Below are positions 19,815-30,147 of a stretch of DNA of 64,000 nt, in pieces. The stretch is from Thermoplasmata archaeon (GTDB taxonomy: Archaea > Thermoplasmatota > Thermoplasmata > GCA-020350865). The stretch is from NCBI GenBank assembly GCA_020348445.1, contig CP070751.1:3843765-3907764 (forward strand), read 5' to 3'. The position numbers and the translations under genes were made by a program. Position 1 is the stretch's first letter, and every line of letters starts with the position of its first letter. The notes under the pieces are model-generated. The model searched no databases and was not told where the DNA came from. It saw only the letters and a list, made by a program, of their open reading frames with translations.

Positions 19815-22001
19815 CTAAATAGGGACATCCCAAACACAATCGGATGTTGCGTGAACATAGTATCCCTTACCAACCTCGAAATAATCAGATGGTCCCATCT
19901 TTTCCCATCTTTGCACCCGAGAATTATAGGTCAAGATAGCATCCACATCGTTAGGGAAATCGATATTGTTCAAGGCCGTGGTTCTGTCCCTATTGCTCAG
20001 TGAGGGATAGCCCACCATGTTCCAGCCTGGGTAAAGGGTGATGGTCTGATTCTCGGTGAATCTTTTCCCATTATAGAAGAATATCGTATCTCCAGGTTGA
20101 GTGATATGAATCCAAAAACCCATGGTCTCGTTTATCTCGAAAAGGTCGTTTCCATAGGGCTTACCAACTTTGTAATGCTTCCAGAGGTCGTTTTTATCAG
20201 TAATATTGTACCATTGGACAGCATCATACAGGCCATCAATGGATTCCAATACTTTTATGAGGTTTTGCTCTTCTTGAATCAAAGGTAGAGAAATAAGGTT
20301 CCAGCCCTGTTTTAAGATCATGAAATTCTTGGTGGGCTCGATAAGCGGGTAATTGTCCCGGGAATCTGAATCGATAATATAGGGATTCTTACCACCACCT
20401 CCAATAGTTCCTTTATCAACTTTGCCGTCGCCTCCCAGTACATCTTGATCCGGCCCATTATAATCATCATACGCGCCCTCGCTTGATTCATCAAAATCGG
20501 ACCAATAATTCCCACCTGAAGGGTAGCCATCATCCCAGAAATTATCATTTCGATTATCATAACTCTGATTTGAGTTGTTTATGATGTTGTTGTGGTAAAT
20601 GTGATTGTTTGGTGAATTCCTAACATAAATACCCCAAGTATTGTTCGAAACAAGGTTATCAAAGATGTAATTTTCACTGTTGGAACTCCAGAGACGGATA
20701 CCATAATCGTTATTCGAGACTTTATTACCGATAATGTTGTTCGAGTTGGCCGAAGTGAGAGTGATGGCGCGAAAAAAATGGAACGAGAATGTGTTGTATT
20801 TGACGGAATTACCAATGGAATAACCGAGCTTGAGGCCAACGTAGGAGTTTGAGAAAACATCATTGTTAATAATTGTATTATAGTTGCATATTTGATTACA
20901 GACGATGCCGTTGTCATTATAAGACATATTATTGTTTGTTAGGGTGTTGTTGCTGGAATGATATAAGAAGAAGCCATTGGCGCCGTTTGAAAAAGCGGTG
21001 TTATTGGTAAGGGTATTGTAATCCGAGAAATAGAGATTGATGCCGTACATGTTGTTTAAAAACGCAGTGTTGTTAGCGATGTAATTATTGTTAGAGAATC
21101 CCAGCTGGATGCCCACTGAGCCATTAGAGACATTCTGGTTCTCTATCTTTACATTGTTGCAGTTAGCAAGGATTACCTGTCCTGCACCTGGAGGAATCGT
21201 GCCGCTATTCTGGTTCTTCCAGTAGAAAACAGGCTTTCCGTTGACTGTGTTCGAAGTGTCAATAGAGTGAGTGTTCCACACATTGGGGTCTGCGCCACTT
21301 ATATGGATTCCACATTGTAGCATCGAGTTGTTGACGAGGGTGTTACCCTCTGAGTATTCGAGATGGATGCCGTAACGATTGTACGAGATATCATTGTTGA
21401 CAATGATATTATAACTGGAGTAAGAGAGCATGATTCCATCGCTGTTGTTCGATAATGTATTGTTGGTAATAATGTTAAAGTTGCAATCGATATCGAGAAG
21501 GATGCCATTCATACTGTTTGAGATTACCTTGTTATCAGTAATGGTGTTATTGTTACAAGATTGAGTGAGGTAGATGCCATTACTATTGTTAATCATATTG
21601 TTCCCAGAAATCGAATTATTATCTGAAATTATTCGTAGTCCTTCCCCATCTGTAAAAAGTCCGATATTGGTGATCGTGAATCCTGAGACATTGACCCAAT
21701 CTACTGTAATCTGAACAACATCCCCACTCCCACCACCATCAATTATTGTATTTTCCCTATCCTCTCCTGTTAAATTTATGGTCTTGTTCACCACCACATG
21801 TTCATAGTATGTGCCGCTGTAGACATAGACCGTATCCCCGTCTTTGCTCGCATTTATCGCATCCTGTATTTTGGGATAATCTGTGGGAACATAGATTGTA
21901 GTACCTGCCCTTACAACATTAGACTCAAAAGTGATGAACCCTAAGAATCCTGTGGTGACAATCAGGAACACGATTCCAATCGAGATTAATCTATATTTCA
22001 T
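19815..22001 (-). CDS. Secreted beta-helix (NosD) surface protein 3
   Basis: YPKIQDAIN-GDTVYV NosD N-terminus, PbH1 repeats, GGNYWSD, double GWNL C-terminal domain; start at MKYRLISIG. Confidence 0.85.
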   Translation of the reverse strand: MKYRLISIGIVFLIVTTGFLGFITFESNVVRAGTTIYVPTDYPKIQDAINASKDGDTVYVYSGTYYEHVVVNKTINLTGEDRENTIIDGGGSGDVVQITVDWVNVSGFTITNIGLFTDGEGLRIISDNNSISGNNMINNSNGIYLTQSCNNNTITDNKVISNSMNGILLDIDCNFNIITNNTLSNNSDGIMLSYSSYNIIVNNDISYNRYGIHLEYSEGNTLVNNSMLQCGIHISGADPNVWNTHSIDTSNTVNGKPVFYWKNQNSGTIPPGAGQVILANCNNVKIENQNVSNGSVGIQLGFSNNNYIANNTAFLNNMYGINLYFSDYNTLTNNTAFSNGANGFFLYHSSNNTLTNNNMSYNDNGIVCNQICNYNTIINNDVFSNSYVGLKLGYSIGNSVKYNTFSFHFFRAITLTSANSNNIIGNKVSNNDYGIRLWSSNSENYIFDNLVSNNTWGIYVRNSPNNHIYHNNIINNSNQSYDNRNDNFWDDGYPSGGNYWSDFDESSEGAYDDYNGPDQDVLGGDGKVDKGTIGGGGKNPYIIDSDSRDNYPLIEPTKNFMILKQGWNLISLPLIQEEQNLIKVLESIDGLYDAVQWYNITDKNDLWKHYKVGKPYGNDLFEINETMGFWIHITQPGDTIFFYNGKRFTENQTITLYPGWNMVGYPSLSNRDRTTALNNIDFPNDVDAILTYNSRVQRWEKMGPSDYFEVGKGYYVHATSDCVWDVPI

Positions 22002-22167
22002 ACCAACCCTTCTTGGTATTGAACTCCTACTATCACAAACATTGGTATTGTTCCTCAAATACTTTTCCATTTTCTCCTTAAAAAAAGGGAAAAAAGGAGA
22101 AGATGCTTTGAAGCATACATCCTCTTAGCTATGACTTGTTAAAATCCATGGAATATTACCCTGTCTC
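21897..22167. repeat. Direct repeat copy 2
   Basis: Near-identical to 18757-19026. Confidence 0.9.
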
Positions 22168-22282
22168 GGGAAAATATAGCATCGACAACATATTTTTTAA
22201 TACTACTTTATTGGGGCTCGGCAATCCTATCTGAAAGAGGACCTTTTGCCTTTATTGAAAATAAGATGGTCTAGATAATGGA

Positions 22283-22753
22283 TTAAAACTCCTTCCGCAC
22301 CCAGGCACCTTGCCCTTTTCCCTCATCAATGCCGATCTCAATGGCATTCACGTTCTTGGGAACTTCCACTAAAGAGATAAGCCTTTTTAGTATAAAACCC
22401 GCCAGTTCCTCTGCTGAGGCCAGGGCGATATCCATAACCACAACATCGTCTAATGGAAACTGATAGTTTTTCTCCCCTACCTTTACCTTCAAGTCATCCC
22501 CAATATCTATTTCTATATCCTTGCACTCTCCGGGAATCAGGACACGATGGTCCAACTCCTCTGCCAGGCTCCTAAGGGCGTTTTTCAGGGTTATGAAATC
22601 CCATACCATGCCACTTTCGCTTTGCTCCCCAAATACCCGGGCATGAATTGCATAGATATGGCCGTGAAGGCGAGCGCACTTGTCATGACCGGGAATGAAA
22701 TGACAGGCCGAGAATTTAATGCCTGCGTCCCAACCATCGATTACGATATGCAT
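22283..22753 (-). CDS. queD: 6-carboxy-5,6,7,8-tetrahydropterin synthase QueD
   Basis: FSACHF, CARLHGHIY, LDHRVL, SAEELA motifs. Confidence 0.88.
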   Translation of the reverse strand: MHIVIDGWDAGIKFSACHFIPGHDKCARLHGHIYAIHARVFGEQSESGMVWDFITLKNALRSLAEELDHRVLIPGECKDIEIDIGDDLKVKVGEKNYQFPLDDVVVMDIALASAEELAGFILKRLISLVEVPKNVNAIEIGIDEGKGQGAWVRKEF

Positions 22754-22929
22754 CTATACCAAAGGCTCTACACATTTATTAGGGTATTAAGTTTGCGATA
22801 AGAGAAGATTGTTGCCATTTATTAAACAAATCTTGTAGTTACCATCGAGAACAACGAAAACTATAAGTCTAACTAAATTCAATGAAGGTTAGATAGAGTA
22901 ATGTCTTAAAACAAAAATAGAGGTGAAGT

Positions 22930-23805
22930 ATGGGCTTTCCTAGGCTAAAACTGGCTATTATGTTCCTAGTACTATGGTTCATTCTCGTAGGAATAGCATT
23001 GGCGATAAGTGCAATCTTAGGTTATGGAAGTTACAGCTGGGTGTTTTTGGCTATTATCAGCATATTTGTGATTCTTCTCAATCTAATCACATATTTTTAC
23101 AGCGATAAGATGGTGCTTAAGGCTTACAAAGCAAAGATCGTTACTGAGAGGGAATCACCAAGACTCTATAAAACCGTGCAAAGGGTTGCCAATATGGCGG
23201 AGCTGCCCATGCCTAAGGTGGCCATCGTTCCAACCCAAACACCCAATGCTTTCGCAACTGGCAGGAATCCAAATAACGCCGTGGTTGCAGCCACAGAAGG
23301 CATACTAAAAACACTGGATGATGACGAGCTTGAAGGTGTTATCGCGCATGAGATGGCCCATATAAAGGACAGGGACATTTTGGTGATGACCATCGCAGCA
23401 TCTGTGGCCATGATCATTGCCTTTGCTGCTAGAATTATTCTCTTTCAGATGTTCTTCTCAAGAAACAGGAATGTAAATCCGTTGCTGATCATTGTGGTTG
23501 CCATCACAGCTCCAATTGCCGCTGCTCTAGTACAGTTCGCAATATCAAGAAGCAGGGAGTATAAAGCAGACAAGGTCGGTGCCATGACCATCTATAAACC
23601 ATTGGCACTTGCCAAGGCATTGGATAAACTGGATAAAGGTAACAGAAGAAAGCCCTTTAGAAAGGGTAACCCAGCCACATCCTCACTCTTCATAGTCAAC
23701 CCATTCAGCGGTGGATCATTTGTAAGTCTATTTTCTACGCATCCCCCAATGAAGGAGCGTATAAAACGGCTGGAAGGCATGGCAAGGGAGATGGGCCATT
23801 ACTGA
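22930..23805 (+). CDS. htpX: Zinc metalloprotease HtpX (M48)
   Basis: PNAFATGRNP, HEMAH, SRSREYKAD, FSTHPP. Confidence 0.93.
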   Translation: MGFPRLKLAIMFLVLWFILVGIALAISAILGYGSYSWVFLAIISIFVILLNLITYFYSDKMVLKAYKAKIVTERESPRLYKTVQRVANMAELPMPKVAIVPTQTPNAFATGRNPNNAVVAATEGILKTLDDDELEGVIAHEMAHIKDRDILVMTIAASVAMIIAFAARIILFQMFFSRNRNVNPLLIIVVAITAPIAAALVQFAISRSREYKADKVGAMTIYKPLALAKALDKLDKGNRRKPFRKGNPATSSLFIVNPFSGGSFVSLFSTHPPMKERIKRLEGMAREMGHY

Positions 23806-23815
23806 TTTCATTTCC

Positions 23816-24787
23816 TTACTTTCTTTTTCTTGAGCGATAAACAATTATTCCAATGGCCACAAGTACAATAAGAATTCCCAAAGCTGCCAGGTAATTCCCA
23901 CTTTGATCCTCATCCTCAGATTTACTCTCAATATCATCGGTTTTATTGGTTAAATTTTCAGGGATTAAGATGGCCTCCTCTATACCTTTTGGGAAAAAGG
24001 TCAGCATCTCATGATCTGTTCTTAAAACAAAAACATCATCCTCTATCCTGACTCCGAACTTTTCTTCCAAGTAAATCCCTGGTTCTATTGTAAGAGCCAT
24101 ATCACCACTTTCAAACAATATATGATTGCTACTGGGATCTAAAAGAGGATACATATGAATGTAAAGTCCTATTCCATGGCCCAAACCATGAATAAAATTC
24201 TCACCATAACCATAGTCAGAGATGACATCCCTTGCTGCCTTATCTACCTCGCTTCCTATAGCTCCAGCAGAAACAGCTTCAAATGCCGCTTCCTGTGCCT
24301 CCATGGTAATATTGTATATTTCCATCATCTCCTCTGTGGCGTTTCCTATAAAGAAGGTCCTTGTCAGATCTGTGCAGTATCCTCTGTACCTGGCACCCAA
24401 ATCAACTACCACCACCTCACCCAGTAATATCTGATTGGTTTCGTCATCACTGGTATCTCCATGAGGTAAAGCGGACTGTTCTCCCGAGGCTACAATAACT
24501 CCAAATGCCTCGACGTATTCACTTGAGCCGTTTTCTGTCATGGCATCGTTTATAGCTCTGACAACATCCGCCTCGGTAATGTTCTCAAAAAAAGCCCTAA
24601 GCAGCGTGTCCTTTGCTGCCTGCATACCGATGTCCGATATCTCGGCAGATTGTAGCAGGAATTGATTCTTAACGATGTCGAGTTCAGAATCGTAATTACT
24701 ATCGGCACGGGCATAAATCTGAACCATATCCCCTAAAGACAATGTAATTAGTATAAACATAACAATGATCGGGACCATCTTCTTCAT
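23816..24787 (-). CDS. Secreted, C-terminally anchored M24 (Xaa-Pro) peptidase
   Basis: Signal peptide; D/D/H/E/E ligands (VDLG, TDLTRT, HGLGHG, IEPG, RIEDD); C-terminal TM plus basic tail. Confidence 0.85.
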   Translation of the reverse strand: MKKMVPIIVMFILITLSLGDMVQIYARADSNYDSELDIVKNQFLLQSAEISDIGMQAAKDTLLRAFFENITEADVVRAINDAMTENGSSEYVEAFGVIVASGEQSALPHGDTSDDETNQILLGEVVVVDLGARYRGYCTDLTRTFFIGNATEEMMEIYNITMEAQEAAFEAVSAGAIGSEVDKAARDVISDYGYGENFIHGLGHGIGLYIHMYPLLDPSSNHILFESGDMALTIEPGIYLEEKFGVRIEDDVFVLRTDHEMLTFFPKGIEEAILIPENLTNKTDDIESKSEDEDQSGNYLAALGILIVLVAIGIIVYRSRKRK

Positions 24788-24923
24788 ATGATATCAACAG
24801 GGGTTTTCAAAAATATATATTTTTGGTGGATTATAGGCAGGGAATCCAAATCACAATTATTCTCAATGATAACCAATTCACAATAAATATTAAATACCTT
24901 CCCCATTACCCCCTGGGATTTGT

Positions 24924-25310
24924 ATGTCCAAGACAGTAGCAGAGGTTAGAACCTTAAAACCCAACAGATACATGATCATCGATGGAGAGCCTTGCAAGAT
25001 CGTGAACATCACAACATCCAAACCTGGGAAGCATGGAGAAGCCAAAGCCAGGATAGAGGCATTCGGTATTTTCGACGGGCAGAAAAGAAGCATAGTCCAC
25101 CCTGTGAAACACAAGGTTCAAGTTCCCCTCATTGACAAAAGGTCTGCACAGGTTATCGCCGTCATGGGCTCTGAGGTTCAACTCATGGATATGGAGACCT
25201 ATGATACCTTCAATCTTCCCATACCAGAGGAACTGGAAGGTGAGCTGGAGCCAGGAAAGGAAATTCAGTACCTGGAGGCCCTGGGTCGGAGGAAGATAAC
25301 CAGGACTTAG
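24924..25310 (+). CDS. eif5a: Translation factor aIF-5A
   Basis: [10 protein letters not shown] hypusine loop. Confidence 0.96.
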   Translation: MSKTVAEVRTLKPNRYMIIDGEPCKIVNITTSKPGKHGEAKARIEAFGIFDGQKRSIVHPVKHKVQVPLIDKRSAQVIAVMGSEVQLMDMETYDTFNLPIPEELEGELEPGKEIQYLEALGRRKITRT

Positions 25311-25367
25311 GATCCAATTTGAGTGGCATAATTGAATCCCAAAAAGTGTGAGGAGTACGTGGTTGAA

Positions 25368-26210
25368 ATGGAGTCAGATAAAATTCTTTTTGCTGATGCT
25401 GAGTCCTCATTCGATTATGCAGAATTCGCAATCTTGGGAGTGCCTTTTGAGGGTACCACCTCTTTTAGAAAGGGGACAAGGTTGGCGCCAACAAGCATAA
25501 GAAAGGAATCTTATAATTTTGAGACCTACCTTTTTGATCACGGAACAGATTTAGAGGACGTGGCATTCCACGATATGGGCAATATCAAATGTGAGGGTCT
25601 TGAAGAGATGATGGGGGGTGTTGGCGATGAAGTAGGACGCATTCTTCAGGAAAAAAAGTTCCCCATTATCGTTGGTGGAGAGCATTCCCTAACTCCACCT
25701 GCCGTAAGTAAGTTCGGGAAGGTTGGGGTCTTAATTCTTGACGCCCATCTTGATTTCAGAAATAAGTACCTGAATGAATCCAACAGTCACGCCTGTTCCG
25801 CAAGAAGGGTGGCCGAGCATGTAGGAGTGGGAAACGTCCTCATACTTGGAGTAAGATCCATGGAGAAACAGGAGAGGGAAGATGCACATGATTTGGGATT
25901 GAGGTACATACATGCCAATAGAGTGAGAGAGTTGGGAATAAAAAGGATCCTAAAAGACCTTCTTTGGAACAGGATATACCTAAGCCTCGATATGGACTTC
26001 TTAGATCCTGCCTATGCCCCTGGTGTGGGAAATCCCGAGCCTTTTGGCCTTTCTCCCTTGGATGTTAAGGACTGCATCAATGTCCTGGCTGGCAAACTTG
26101 TTGGATTCGATGTTTGCGAGGTGTCCCCGCCTTTTGATTCGGGCAACACTTCATCTTTGGCTGCGAGGTTTGTTAGGGAGTTGATTGCCTCGGTTTGGAA
26201 TACAAGGTAG
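25368..26210 (+). CDS. speB: Agmatinase / ureohydrolase
   Basis: GGEHSL, DAHLD, SLDMDFLDPAYAPGVG motifs; start uncertain (25332 or 25368). Confidence 0.9.
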   Translation: MESDKILFADAESSFDYAEFAILGVPFEGTTSFRKGTRLAPTSIRKESYNFETYLFDHGTDLEDVAFHDMGNIKCEGLEEMMGGVGDEVGRILQEKKFPIIVGGEHSLTPPAVSKFGKVGVLILDAHLDFRNKYLNESNSHACSARRVAEHVGVGNVLILGVRSMEKQEREDAHDLGLRYIHANRVRELGIKRILKDLLWNRIYLSLDMDFLDPAYAPGVGNPEPFGLSPLDVKDCINVLAGKLVGFDVCEVSPPFDSGNTSSLAARFVRELIASVWNTR

Positions 26211-26224
26211 GAACGTTTTTTGAA

Positions 26225-26962
26225 TTAAGGGAATTCCTTAACCCTAAAATATAAAATCCCAATTGCTAAAAAGAATATTGTAATTCCCACAAGCACCGAA
26301 GATGAGTATCCAATCCCAGAAGCGTTATATCCGGATATACTGCCGTGAGATATCCAATCTGAACCTATACTCCTTATGTAATGCTTTATTGCGACCTCCT
26401 GAATCCTGCCGCCAAGTGATCCAATAAAACCTTCCCATATGAATGCATAGAACAATCCTAAGTACAGCGGTCTTTTAAATGGAAGGCTTATGAGTAGGAA
26501 AAGAGAGGAATAGACCATCGAACCTATAATAGAAAGAATGCACACACTGAAATAGATGCCCAGGGCATCACTATCGATTCCAGTCTGCCCAAAGAAGGAC
26601 AGGAATCCTACAGTCACTATCAAAACCATGACTATGCTGAGGGAGATGACCAGGGAGATATAATACCCTAGGTAGGCAAAGGTCCTATCCAGAGGTGAGG
26701 TTAGAATCTGTGTGATGCTCTTGTCCTCTATCTCATCCCGGATTATTGAAGCACCGTAGATCATTGCAATTATGGGCATGAAGAAGAACAGGATTAGGGC
26801 ATCCATGAAATCTGCCCCGGCAGGCAACCTTTCGAGATCCTGTGTTGCCGCGTAACCCATTACCGCGGCGATAAATATGGCAATGAGAACACTGACGACG
26901 GCCTTCCTGGAAAACAGTATCTTTTTTGTGGAGTACCTGATTATCGCCATCATTCCGATCAT
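26225..26962 (-). CDS. ABC transporter permease
   Basis: Six TM segments, IRDEIEDKSITQILTSP motif; start uncertain. Confidence 0.8.
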   Translation of the reverse strand: MIGMMAIIRYSTKKILFSRKAVVSVLIAIFIAAVMGYAATQDLERLPAGADFMDALILFFFMPIIAMIYGASIIRDEIEDKSITQILTSPLDRTFAYLGYYISLVISLSIVMVLIVTVGFLSFFGQTGIDSDALGIYFSVCILSIIGSMVYSSLFLLISLPFKRPLYLGLFYAFIWEGFIGSLGGRIQEVAIKHYIRSIGSDWISHGSISGYNASGIGYSSSVLVGITIFFLAIGILYFRVKEFP

Positions 26963-26981
26963 GTTCGCCCTTATGTCCACC

Positions 26982-27914
26982 CTACCACCCCACCAGGTAT
27001 CTGAACACGGCCTCGAGATTATCGTCAAGGCTATGCAGTCTTGTTATATCGCAGTCCATGTCTGCCACTATCTGGGGAAGGTCATTGAAGAACGAATCGG
27101 GTTTGAGGACCTGTACATGAATCGAGCTCTTGTCCTGGGAAAAACCAACAGACACAATATAGTCCATATCCAGAAATCTCTTTGCCAGTTCCAAAAGGCC
27201 TTCTCCCTCGATCACTATGTTATGAGGGTGCTTGTCAATTAGTCCCCGAATTTCGGAAATGTGACCAGAAGCTACTGCCCTTCCCTTGTAAACAAGTGCC
27301 ACGTTCTTGGTCATTCTCTCCACTTCGAAAAGCACATGGGAACTTACAATTATGTCGTGACCGTGCTCCCTGTGCAGGGAGAAAATGAGGTCAATTATTT
27401 CCTTGCGCGCAAGGGGATCCGTACCTGCCAAAGGTTCATCCAAGAGGAGAAGGCTGGGATCGTGCAAAATTGTTACTGCAATCTTTATCCTCTGTCTCAT
27501 ACCCTTGCTGTAACCCCCGATCTTTCTACCTATAGCATCTGTCATGCCCACTATTTCAGATACCTCGGAGATCCGCTTATCTAGGCCTGCACCGCTCATG
27601 GCGTGAAGCCCTCCAGAAAGTTTCAGGAATTCCCTACCTGTCATGTCATCTGAGAGATTGTCATAATCAGGACACAATCCGAACTTCGCGTGGATGGCTG
27701 TGTTCATCCATGGTTTCTGATCCAGAACCTGAAGTTCACCCACATTGGCCTTGATCATTCCCGTGATAAGCTTGAAGAACGTGGTCTTTCCTGCTCCGTT
27801 GGGACCAACGATTCCCGTTATCCCAGGCATAATATCCAGATTGAAATTGTTCAGCCCTATGACCTGACCGTACCATTTGGAAAGGTTCTTTGCGGAAATA
27901 ATGGGGGCTTTCAT
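26982..27914 (-). CDS. ABC transporter ATP-binding protein
   Basis: GPNGAGKT Walker A, YSKGMRQR signature, LLLDEP. Confidence 0.93.
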   Translation of the reverse strand: MKAPIISAKNLSKWYGQVIGLNNFNLDIMPGITGIVGPNGAGKTTFFKLITGMIKANVGELQVLDQKPWMNTAIHAKFGLCPDYDNLSDDMTGREFLKLSGGLHAMSGAGLDKRISEVSEIVGMTDAIGRKIGGYSKGMRQRIKIAVTILHDPSLLLLDEPLAGTDPLARKEIIDLIFSLHREHGHDIIVSSHVLFEVERMTKNVALVYKGRAVASGHISEIRGLIDKHPHNIVIEGEGLLELAKRFLDMDYIVSVGFSQDKSSIHVQVLKPDSFFNDLPQIVADMDCDITRLHSLDDNLEAVFRYLVGW

Positions 27915-29104
27915 TTGCCCACCGCCTTGCGATATATCCTAATATACACCACGATCAGAGGGATTATTATAATACTGACCAGGATCGCACCTAAAAGACC
28001 TGCATTGATTCCTTCAGGAACAGAAAAACCGTATATTATATCATACGAATAAAAAAGAATCCGAGTGGGGTCAATAAGCGCCCAGTTCTTGTCGAAATTC
28101 TGGAAGATGCCGCCAATTATTATGAGCACGAAAAATGACATGAAGATTCCTATAGTGGCATATGACTTTCTTTTGGTCATGGAGGATATGAGTATCCCGT
28201 AGGGGATGAAGAAAAAGGTGGTTAGAAGTCCTGCCCCAATTGTTGCACCAAGGACCCTAAGACTGGTTCCGTAATCACCACCGCTTTGAGTTCCCATGGC
28301 AGCGAGGCAGTATATGATTAGAGGTAAAAAACAGAAGATGCCCATTATCCAAAGAGCCCCGATTATCTTTCCTGCAAGGTAATCCCTGGGTTTTATTGGT
28401 CTAGAAAAGAAGAGAATAAAGGAATTATCACCTAGGTCCTCGGCAATCAGATCTGCACATACCAGGGATGCGAGTAGTAAAGTGAAGATTACAAAGAAAA
28501 AATTCTTCAGATATCCTCCCTGCCTCTCGCTAATATATGGGCCCTCCTCGCCCACTTCAGCCCTCTCTTCAATTCTTCCAAATCCGACTATTGTGCAGTT
28601 GCCTTTAAGATATCCAGTTCCCCCCAGACTTCCTATTATTTCCATTTCACCATATATTATGACTGTGCCATTTACATAGACTGCACCATCATCCGTTATA
28701 GTGAGAGGTGGAAGGGGTGTTCCGTCGCCTACAATGGTTCCTAACCCGATAAGGTCCCCATCCACATCCATTCGACCTTCCAAACTAATGGAGCCGTTTA
28801 GATCAAATGCACCCCCCATATCCATGGAACCTTCGACAAAGATTTCCCCATTTATGTCATAATTACCCTCTTCTGGAGGATCATCTCCCACCATCATCTC
28901 AGGAGTGAGTTTTTCATGGGGTACAGTGACTGCGAAAATTATAAAAAACACATGGGCTAAAATAAAACCTATGATAAGTATGGCAAGAACCCATTTCGAT
29001 TTCAGTTTTTGCCTGAAAACAGTTAATGAAATCACGAGGAAGCGGAGGTAGTTTTCAGTCCTTTTTCCTTCCCAGGGCCTATATTCAATAGGGGTCACAC
29101 CCAT
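27911..29104 (-). CDS. ABC transporter permease with Gly-periodic hexapeptide-repeat insertion
   Basis: TM segments, FFSRPIKPRDYLAGK motif; about 130-aa repeat loop after TM1. Confidence 0.8.
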   Translation of the reverse strand: MGVTPIEYRPWEGKRTENYLRFLVISLTVFRQKLKSKWVLAILIIGFILAHVFFIIFAVTVPHEKLTPEMMVGDDPPEEGNYDINGEIFVEGSMDMGGAFDLNGSISLEGRMDVDGDLIGLGTIVGDGTPLPPLTITDDGAVYVNGTVIIYGEMEIIGSLGGTGYLKGNCTIVGFGRIEERAEVGEEGPYISERQGGYLKNFFFVIFTLLLASLVCADLIAEDLGDNSFILFFSRPIKPRDYLAGKIIGALWIMGIFCFLPLIIYCLAAMGTQSGGDYGTSLRVLGATIGAGLLTTFFFIPYGILISSMTKRKSYATIGIFMSFFVLIIIGGIFQNFDKNWALIDPTRILFYSYDIIYGFSVPEGINAGLLGAILVSIIIIPLIVVYIRIYRKAVGK

Positions 29105-30082
29105 CTAGTCACCCTCCTTGAATGCCCCAATGAATATGTCCTCAAGTGATAGGGTTGCAGGTCCGAATTCCCTGATCTGAATACCTGCTTCAGATGCCAG
29201 TTTAAAGAGCTTCTTTCCGCTTTCTGTTCCTTTGATGACCAAGGACTGCTGACCTTCTTCATCTTCAGTAGATACGATATTGAAAAGCTTTTCAAGCTCC
29301 TTTCCAAAATTCTCAATTCCTTGTTGTGAACCCCTAACCCTCAACTTGAAGACGTTCTTCTCACCCACCATGAGGGTTTTAATTTGCCCCTCCTTTACCA
29401 GAGCACCTTCATTGATAATAATTACATATTGACTTACCTTTTCAACTTCCTGTAAGATATGGGAGGATACAAGTATGGTCTTACCTGAGGCTCCAATCTT
29501 TGTTATCAGCTCCAGCATCTCCTCCCTTCCCTGGGGGTCCATGCCGTTTGTGGGTTCGTCGAGAAACAGTATCTTAGGATCATGCACTATGGCCTGGGCA
29601 AGTTTTACCTTCTGCTTCATTCCTGTTGAATAGGATGAAATTATCCGATACCTCTCCTCCCCCACCCCAACAAAATCTAAAACCTCGTGGGTTCTCTGTA
29701 TGGCATCCTTTGAGGACATGCCCGAGATCTGCCCCATATATGATACAAGCTCCACTGCATTCATGTAATTTATTAGACAGTCGTGCTCGGGAAGATACCC
29801 CACCATGTCCCTTACCTGGGTAGTATCCTTTCTTGGATCAAGACCATCGATTTTTATGGTTCCCTCGTCAGCTTCCACGAGCCCTAAAACAGCTTTTATG
29901 AACGTGCTTTTTCCTGCACCGTTTGGACCTAAAAGACCCACGATGCCTTTGGGAACACCCACTGAAAATGAGTTAAGTGCCACGATTGGCCCAAATCTGA
30001 CTACCAATCCATGAGTATCTATCCGAATATGGCGCTCAGCAAGTTTTTCTTCGCCATCCTGTTCATTTGGTTTTGACTCCAT
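29105..30082 (-). CDS. ABC transporter ATP-binding protein
   Basis: GPNGAGKS, YSTGMKQK, LFLDEPTNG. Confidence 0.93.
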   Translation of the reverse strand: MESKPNEQDGEEKLAERHIRIDTHGLVVRFGPIVALNSFSVGVPKGIVGLLGPNGAGKSTFIKAVLGLVEADEGTIKIDGLDPRKDTTQVRDMVGYLPEHDCLINYMNAVELVSYMGQISGMSSKDAIQRTHEVLDFVGVGEERYRIISSYSTGMKQKVKLAQAIVHDPKILFLDEPTNGMDPQGREEMLELITKIGASGKTILVSSHILQEVEKVSQYVIIINEGALVKEGQIKTLMVGEKNVFKLRVRGSQQGIENFGKELEKLFNIVSTEDEEGQQSLVIKGTESGKKLFKLASEAGIQIREFGPATLSLEDIFIGAFKEGD

Positions 30083-30147
30083 ATCAAGGCACCGAAAAGG
30101 TCGTCTCCATATAAATATATATATTTCCCGCGATTATGATTTTCATT

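Noticed and set aside
24924-26210. aIF-5A next to agmatinase
   Set aside because: Well-known archaeal synteny linked to polyamine and hypusine metabolism; not novel
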